In this document: positions 27,806 to 32,439 of the stretch, in pieces
Numbering within the stretch: the stretch's first letter is position 1
How the letters are laid out: the number at the start of each line of letters is the position of its first letter
Virus record (IMG/VR): IMGVR_UViG_3300025653_000144
Coordinates: 1-32,439 of that record
Source of the DNA: a virus
Lineage: Duplodnaviria; Caudoviricetes
Direction: 5' to 3' (one strand)
Length of the DNA stretch: 32,439 nucleotides
The notes under the pieces: model-generated
What the model was told of the DNA's origin: nothing
Databases searched by the model: none
What the model saw: the letters and a program-made list of their open reading frames with translations, nothing else
Made by a program: the position numbers and the translations under genes

Positions 27806-28537
27806 ATGATCAAAATCAACAAATGGAGCGAGACTTTTGAGAATGCCGATACGAGAAAGCGGCAGCGGCTGGGTTGGTTTCTGTCTCCTTCTGGGTGTGA
27901 CTCAAAGGGATACCGGAGGCTCATGAAGAAGGGTGAGGCCGGAGTCCTCGCATTTGGAGTTTATCAGGCCCTCTGTCAGCTTACGGCTACTGGGACCGCA
28001 AAGGGGAGGGGGCAATTCTTGCATTCGGACGGGAAATCAATGGATCTCGAAGACCTGTCTGATCTAACCAGGATGCCGGAAAAGGTGATCTCCGATAGCC
28101 TGCCATTGCTGGCAGATGTTGGGTGGGTTGAGGCAACTACCGGCAGAAATCTGCCACCTACTGCGGATTGTCTCCCACCTACTGCGGGTTTTGTTAAAGG
28201 AGAAGGAGAAGGAGAAGGAGAAGGAGAAGGAGAAGGAGAAGGAGAAGCTTTTACCCCGACACAGGCTATCGCCTGGTCTGTGGCCGAAGGATGGACAGGA
28301 ATTACTGAGAAGGATTTCCAAGACTGGACGGAAGCCTATCCAGCTTGTGACCTCAAACGACAGATCGCAGCATCCTCAGAATGGCTCAGATCAAATCCAG
28401 CCAAGGCCAAGAAAAAGCAATGGAGACGGTTTCTGACCAACTGGCTATCCAGATCTCAAGAACGAGGTGGAGACGCCCAGTCCAATTCCACCAAAGCACC
28501 CGCCCACGTTAAAATCTTCACCCCAGACGATCTTTGA
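27806..28537 (+). CDS. Replication initiator (lambda O-like architecture)
   Basis: MIKINKWSETFENADTRK N-terminal domain, repeat-containing linker with (GE)8, C-terminal WTEAYPACD...WLRSNP...RFLTNWLSR; upstream of DnaB-like helicase. ATG 27806 preferred over 27716. Confidence 0.75.
   Translation: MIKINKWSETFENADTRKRQRLGWFLSPSGCDSKGYRRLMKKGEAGVLAFGVYQALCQLTATGTAKGRGQFLHSDGKSMDLEDLSDLTRMPEKVISDSLPLLADVGWVEATTGRNLPPTADCLPPTAGFVKGEGEGEGEGEGEGEGEAFTPTQAIAWSVAEGWTGITEKDFQDWTEAYPACDLKRQIAASSEWLRSNPAKAKKKQWRRFLTNWLSRSQERGGDAQSNSTKAPAHVKIFTPDDL
28133..28246 (+). repeat. Iteron-like 21-bp period repeats and (GGAGAA)8 tract; candidate origin
   Basis: CCACCTACTGCGG at 28154 and 28175, degenerate copy at 28133; GGAGAA x8 at 28199-28246. 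Confidence 0.7.
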
Positions 28538-28567
28538 ACAGAACCCTCGGAAAGTTTTTTCACTTTC

Positions 28568-28614
28568 TTTGAATTAATGCTTGCAAGAAATCAAATGGGG
28601 TGTAATCTAAAAAC
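28568..28614 (+). promoter_or_regulatory. Sigma70-type leaderless promoter with operator palindrome (copy 2)
   Basis: TTGCAA 28581-28586, 16 nt, TAATCT 28603-28608, ATG 6 nt later; TTTGAATT-N12-AAATCAAA. Confidence 0.7.
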
Positions 28615-28782
28615 ATGAAAACGAACTACACCGAAATCACCGAAGCCAACGCAACTCCAGCAAACATCGACGCCGCTCTCAAATTCGCGGGAAAGGTAAT
28701 CTGGGAAGATACAGAAAAAGTCCGCGAAGCTCGCAAGGCAGGAGTTGACCGCATGATGGCAAGAATCCGCGCCGGAAAATGA
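28615..28782 (+). CDS. Hypothetical cargo protein of module 2 (55 aa)
   Basis: Hand translation MKTNYTEITEANATPANIDAALKFAGKVIWEDTEKVREARKAGVDRMMARIRAGK. Confidence 0.7.
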   Translation: MKTNYTEITEANATPANIDAALKFAGKVIWEDTEKVREARKAGVDRMMARIRAGK

Positions 28783-28958
28783 CAGCAGGAGGCAAACGCA
28801 AGGGAGCGGGGCGAAAGCCTCGTTCTCATCCTCGGGAAGCCGTTACTGTGCGGCTGGAACCCGAACACGCCGAAAAGTTCCGCGCCATCTGCAAGGCAAA
28901 GGGCCGGAGCCAATCGGCGCAAATCACAGAATGGATTAAACGAGCGAACAGAACATGA
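28779..28958 (+). CDS. RGGKRxGAGRKP-type ribbon-helix-helix-like protein (copy 2, 59 aa)
   Basis: Hand translation MTAGGKRKGAGRKPRSHPREAVTVRLEPEHAEKFRAICKAKGRSQSAQITEWIKRANRT; ATGA overlaps at both ends. Confidence 0.8.
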   Translation: MTAGGKRKGAGRKPRSHPREAVTVRLEPEHAEKFRAICKAKGRSQSAQITEWIKRANRT

Positions 28959-30247
28959 AACCACCACCAACACTCGAAAAGACGGAGAAGGCCGTTCTCA
29001 GCGTCATCCTCCAAAGAGAAAAGGGATGGGACGAGACTCCCCTCGATGAGAGCCTCTTTTACTCCGAGGCTCACAAGCAGATTTTCCGACTATCTCAAGA
29101 GGTGGATCACGCTATGGATGAGGTGCAGCTTGTGGAGATCGGGCTCAAGAGGGGAGTCCTTTCTGAGATGGGAGGTGCACCGGCACTGCTCGAAATCTAC
29201 CACGACTATGTTCCCCGAGGCACATTCCTCAAAGACGTTGAAAGACTCCGATTGTGCGCTGCTCGCCGGCTAGCGATCAAGGCAGCCCGTCAAATCGAGG
29301 AGTCTGCATACGACCTCGGGGATGATACGTTTCTGGAACACCTTGGAGAGCCGATCACCTACGTCATCGAGGTGGCATCGGCATCGGCACCCGAGAAATC
29401 GACGAAACAGGTCTTCCAAGACGTTTTGGCTGATTTCAAGTCTCTTCTGGAGGGGAGGACTAAAGCGATGGGATGGGAAGTTTCATTACCAAGCCTCACA
29501 GCCGCTTTGAGAGGATTTTCCCAGAATCGGGTCTGCGTAGTCTCAGGATACCCTTCAAGCGGTAAGACGCTCCTCGTTGGGCAATTCCTGGTCGATCTCG
29601 CTAAACAGGGGGTACCCTCGATGCTGATGAGTTTCGAGATGCCCCGGGACCAACTAGGGAAGCGTCTCATCGTCACCAATGGGCGATTTAATCCTGAGGT
29701 GATCTACGATCCCATTCGCAATGGTCAGCGACAAGGGAGAGACAAGCCCTCAAAATCCGATCTCCTCAAAGTAAAGGAATCCTACCGGCAGATCACGGAT
29801 TCCCCACTCTACCTCGATGAGGCCACTGGTCCCACCATTGACCAGGTCTGCGCTATGATCCGACGAGCCCATCGAAAGCACGGGGTGATTGCCTTCGGCA
29901 TCGACTACCTCCAGTTGATCCGATCACCGGGAGCCGGGAGCAAGGAGCAAGAGCTAACCACTATCTCTCACAAGCTTCAGGCCATCATGAAAGAACTGGG
30001 ATTGCTAATTTTCCTGCTTTCCCAGCAGAACAAGGACGGGGATACGAAATACGCCACCACCACCATTGAAGATGCCGATTACGTCTTATCAATCCAGCAG
30101 GTTATGGATAAGGAAAGCGTTGACTTCAAAAAGGTTACCGGTATTACCATCAACAAGGACCGTCACACAGGACGCTCAGGATGGACTTTCCCGATAGAAA
30201 GACACCCAGACACCCTCTACTTCAAAGAAACGCCATTTCAAAAATGA
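28955..30247 (+). CDS. dnaB: DnaB-like replicative helicase
   Basis: EKAVLS...FYSEAHKQIF N-domain, GYPSSGKT Walker A, SFEM, IDYLQLI, LLSQ and IEDADYV. Confidence 0.92.
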   Translation: MKPPPTLEKTEKAVLSVILQREKGWDETPLDESLFYSEAHKQIFRLSQEVDHAMDEVQLVEIGLKRGVLSEMGGAPALLEIYHDYVPRGTFLKDVERLRLCAARRLAIKAARQIEESAYDLGDDTFLEHLGEPITYVIEVASASAPEKSTKQVFQDVLADFKSLLEGRTKAMGWEVSLPSLTAALRGFSQNRVCVVSGYPSSGKTLLVGQFLVDLAKQGVPSMLMSFEMPRDQLGKRLIVTNGRFNPEVIYDPIRNGQRQGRDKPSKSDLLKVKESYRQITDSPLYLDEATGPTIDQVCAMIRRAHRKHGVIAFGIDYLQLIRSPGAGSKEQELTTISHKLQAIMKELGLLIFLLSQQNKDGDTKYATTTIEDADYVLSIQQVMDKESVDFKKVTGITINKDRHTGRSGWTFPIERHPDTLYFKETPFQK

Positions 30248-30585
30248 AAAGCCTATACTGGGATAAAGAGAGCATAGAAAGCGCGAGAAAAACCTGCCAA
30301 CACCTTTGGCAGCCGTGGAGGAAAGAAACCGGTTACATTTGGCGGTCTTGCGTAAATTGTGGGCTAAGGCAGCAAGAGTCATTCAGCAAGCCCGGATTCT
30401 TTGCCGCTAAATGCCCCGCTTGTGGATGGAAGGGAAGCAGCGAGGATTGCAAAGGCGGTAAAGAGCAGGCCAACACGGGCGACATTGAACCCGCTTTGTG
30501 CCCTGAGTGTTACCAATACGGCGATGAGAGCGAGGTTGAGGAGATTTTAGAAGCGAACGCCCAATGTCCAATCACACAGCCATGA
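30244..30585 (+). CDS. Cys-rich zinc-binding protein ending inside site d
   Basis: CQH, CVNC, CPAC and CPEC; ATGA overlap with dnaB. Confidence 0.7.
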   Translation: MKSLYWDKESIESARKTCQHLWQPWRKETGYIWRSCVNCGLRQQESFSKPGFFAAKCPACGWKGSSEDCKGGKEQANTGDIEPALCPECYQYGDESEVEEILEANAQCPITQP

Positions 30586-30685
30586 GAAAACTATACCTAG
30601 CACCAGAAACAATGGAAGGACTCAAGGAGATCGCCAAAGCCGCAGAGGGCAACGAGGCTCTGTTGAGTGCTACTGATTGTTCGCC
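30552..30685 (-). repeat. attC-like site d (134 bp, degenerate; contains start codon)
   Basis: AGCGAAC...TCACACAGCC...GGCTCTGTTGA...TGATT-GTTCGCC; imperfect arms. Confidence 0.55.
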
Positions 30686-30854
30686 TCGTTGCGATAATTG
30701 CCGATGGGGGATGGAGCTAGAGGAGCGATACGACCAGCGACACTGCATCAACCAAGATAGCCGCGAGGCATTCGGCAACGTGGAGGCATCATTCTACTGC
30801 CAATTCTTTGAGGCTAACAGAAAAAAGAACAGGGACCCCAAAGGGGCTTCCTGA
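30582..30854 (+). CDS. Small Cys-rich cassette protein
   Basis: ATG 30582 overlaps upstream stop; CDNCRW...C...FYCQFFE. Confidence 0.7.
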   Translation: MRKLYLAPETMEGLKEIAKAAEGNEALLSATDCSPRCDNCRWGMELEERYDQRHCINQDSREAFGNVEASFYCQFFEANRKKNRDPKGAS

Positions 30855-30869
30855 TTCGATGTGTTCAAA
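30812..30869 (-). repeat. attC-like site e (58 bp)
   Basis: GGCTAAC...GAACAGGGACCCC-AAA-GGGG(C)TTCCTG(A)TTC-GATGT-GTTCAAA. Confidence 0.7.
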
Positions 30870-30896
30870 TTCTACAAATCAACCAAAACAAAAACC

Positions 30897-31238
30897 ATGA
30901 GTAACAAATACGAAATGACGGGCACGATTGTGCAAATCAGCGAGACGCAGAGCTTCGCCAGCGGATTCCAGAAACGGGAATTTGTAATCGAGACCGGGGG
31001 GCAATACTCCAACTCTGTGAAGTTCGCCTTCGTGAAGGACAAGTGCGAGATCCTCGACCGCTACCAAGTGCGGGACAAGGTCACGGTCTCATTCAACATC
31101 AAAGGAAATGAATACAAGGGCCGCCACTACGTCGATCTTCAAGCTTGGCGCATCGAGCGCGAGGATAACCAAGCCCAGCCAGCGACCGCACAGGCACCAG
31201 CGCAGGGGACCGAGGAGAATGACGAAATTCCTTTTTAA
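30897..31238 (+). CDS. DUF3127-family SSB-like OB-fold protein
   Basis: GFQKREFVIET...VSFNIKGNEYKGRHYVDLQAWRIE with acidic DEIPF tail; A-rich initiation region before ATG 30897. Confidence 0.85.
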   Translation: MSNKYEMTGTIVQISETQSFASGFQKREFVIETGGQYSNSVKFAFVKDKCEILDRYQVRDKVTVSFNIKGNEYKGRHYVDLQAWRIEREDNQAQPATAQAPAQGTEENDEIPF

Positions 31239-31292
31239 CGACTGAGGACAGGCGCGAGCGCAGCGAAGTCGCTCTGCTCCGACTTGTTCTCC
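31233..31292 (-). repeat. attC-like site f (60 bp)
   Basis: TTTTAAC-GACTGA-GGACAGGCG...CGC(T)CTG(C)TCC-GACTT-GTTCTCC. Confidence 0.75.
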
Positions 31293-31302
31293 CTTTTTGA
31301 TT

Positions 31303-31524
31303 ATGAACGCACAAGAAACAATAGACTATTGGATCGGCGCAACTGCCGCCCATGAAACAACCATTGCCAGCCTACTAGAGGAACGGGCGAAACTTCAGCG
31401 TGATTTAGAAGTAGCGAGGAACTATGTCCGCACGGAATGGAAGGCTGGCAGACTTCAAGGCGCTATGTCCGACGAGGAGATCAGAGTTTTTCAGGAGAAC
31501 GCCAAGGATCACACATCGCCATGA
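31303..31524 (+). CDS. Hypothetical coiled-coil cassette protein
   Basis: ORF between sites f and g; stop inside site g. Confidence 0.6.
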   Translation: MNAQETIDYWIGATAAHETTIASLLEERAKLQRDLEVARNYVRTEWKAGRLQGAMSDEEIRVFQENAKDHTSP

Positions 31525-31624
31525 AAACAGTATCACCATTGAACGACCACATGATTTTAGATGCCCCTGAATCGGAGGATCACCAGCCGCCTGATGGCGA
31601 TTGTCGTGCATTCGCTTGTTCTCC
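31494..31624 (-). repeat. attC-like site g (131 bp, contains start codon)
   Basis: GGAGAAC-GCCAAG-GATCACACATCGCCAT...ATGGCGA(T)TGT(C)GTG(C)ATT-CGCTT-GTTCTCC. Confidence 0.75.
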
Positions 31625-31793
31625 TCAGATTGTCCAAATCCTGATCGCGCCGAACGACGCAATATGGCAAGGCCGCATGATGGGTTTGGATTCAAGCGGG
31701 GCGGTTCACTCCGTCAATCCTGACGGTAGGTGGGAGCCGTTCGTCCCGCCTCTAAATTTTCAGGAGAACAGCCGAGAACACCCGCCCCGGTAG
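31521..31793 (+). CDS. Hypothetical cassette protein
   Basis: ATG 31521 overlaps upstream TGA; reads ACSP through the right arm of g and ends QENSREHPPR in h. Confidence 0.65.
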   Translation: MKTVSPLNDHMILDAPESEDHQPPDGDCRAFACSPQIVQILIAPNDAIWQGRMMGLDSSGAVHSVNPDGRWEPFVPPLNFQENSREHPPR

Positions 31794-31819
31794 GGATTGG
31801 GTGGTTTTAACTGTTCGGA
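31763..31819 (-). repeat. attC-like site h (57 bp)
   Basis: GGAGAAC-AGCCGA-GAACACCC...GGGTG(G)TTT-TAACT-GTTCGGA. Confidence 0.7.
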
Positions 31820-31869
31820 AATTCCTAATACTTCGCGATGATCTACTTCAAAGAAAAACAATCTACATT

Positions 31870-32148
31870 ATGAGACTAGACGCTTACGCAAACCCCGACA
31901 ATGAAACAATCCTTGTTGCCCTTGGTATCAAGGAAGATGAAATTCCGCGCTTCCGTGGCGCGATGATCGAGGATGGCAAAGTCCTTATCCACACCCGAAG
32001 CGGGGGAGGAAACCGTGATTGGCTAGCAGATGGCAACGCGATGCTTGCCTCCAACGAATACTACATTGAAGATGCCGATGATGACTTCGACTGCACGTAT
32101 GCAAATTTTTGGTTCCGCATTCCCGATTCTTTGCAGAACAGCCAATGA
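31870..32148 (+). CDS. Conserved hypothetical phage protein
   Basis: IPRFR...IHTRSGGGNR...DDDFDCTYANFWF; ends LQNSQ across a lone GAAC core. Confidence 0.7.
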   Translation: MRLDAYANPDNETILVALGIKEDEIPRFRGAMIEDGKVLIHTRSGGGNRDWLADGNAMLASNEYYIEDADDDFDCTYANFWFRIPDSLQNSQ

Positions 32149-32378
32149 CAAACGAGAAGCACGCCATCCTAATCGAAGAACAAAGGGACAGGCTAAGGTG
32201 CCAGATGATGGTGCCTACCTGCCCGGCCTGCGAGATGACACCCATCCTGAAATACGATCCCGGCGCAACCTGGGCCGAGTGCAAATGCCGAAAATGGGCG
32301 GTTCCAGAGATGGACTACAAAGCCCTTGCCGTGATGGTCAGGGACGAAATCGTGAAAATGAAATCAAGAAATCTATGA
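32145..32378 (+). CDS. Small zinc-binding hypothetical protein
   Basis: CPAC...CKC; ATGA overlaps at both ends. Confidence 0.65.
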   Translation: MTNEKHAILIEEQRDRLRCQMMVPTCPACEMTPILKYDPGATWAECKCRKWAVPEMDYKALAVMVRDEIVKMKSRNL

Positions 32379-32439
32379 TTAGAATAAACCGAGAAAAAGG
32401 ATTGATCATCTTGAGCCGTTGCGAATACCTATACCGTGA
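32375..32439 (+). CDS. Partial ORF running off the window
   Basis: ATGA-coupled start MIRINREKGLIILSRCEYLYR, no stop before the end. Confidence 0.4.
   Translation, partial: MIRINREKGLIILSRCEYLYR

Noticed and set aside
24076-31819. attC-like hairpins read as intrinsic terminators or CRISPR repeats
   Set aside because: Most lack U-tracts, have bulged arms and fixed AAC/GTT ends, differ in sequence, and are separated by whole genes rather than short spacers.
1-32439. Integrase, CI-like repressor, tRNA or host genes indicating a prophage
   Set aside because: None recognised; lifestyle and host cannot be determined from this window.

Overview
Most of a tailed dsDNA phage genome (siphovirus-like, lambda-type head module), nearly all on the + strand. 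It runs from a 5'-truncated GpA-type terminase through portal, a fused protease-capsid gene, neck, tail and receptor-binding genes and a lysis module (1-19.3 kb). An early/replication region follows (19.3-32.4 kb) with RecT, YqaJ nuclease, RuvC-like resolvase, DNA methyltransferase, SNF2-like helicase, initiator, DnaB-like helicase, a DUF3127 SSB-like gene and many small ORFs. No integrase, tRNA or CRISPR array was seen. The main observation is eight attC-like hairpin sites (57-134 bp, AAC...GTT cores) in two clusters (24.1-25.0 kb and 30.5-31.8 kb). They delimit integron-like gene cassettes, are oriented antisense to the genes, and supply stop and start codons in a conserved frame. Other notable items: two copies of a leaderless promoter/operator + variable ORF + ribbon-helix-helix-like module; a TTGAC motif 19-25 nt before eight virion-gene start codons; a minus-strand HTH + LmbU-like pair inside the virion operon; a -1 frameshift in the tail chaperone; and a terminator-like structured leader plus iteron-like repeats at the initiator. 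All functional calls come from recognising motifs by eye, not from database searches.
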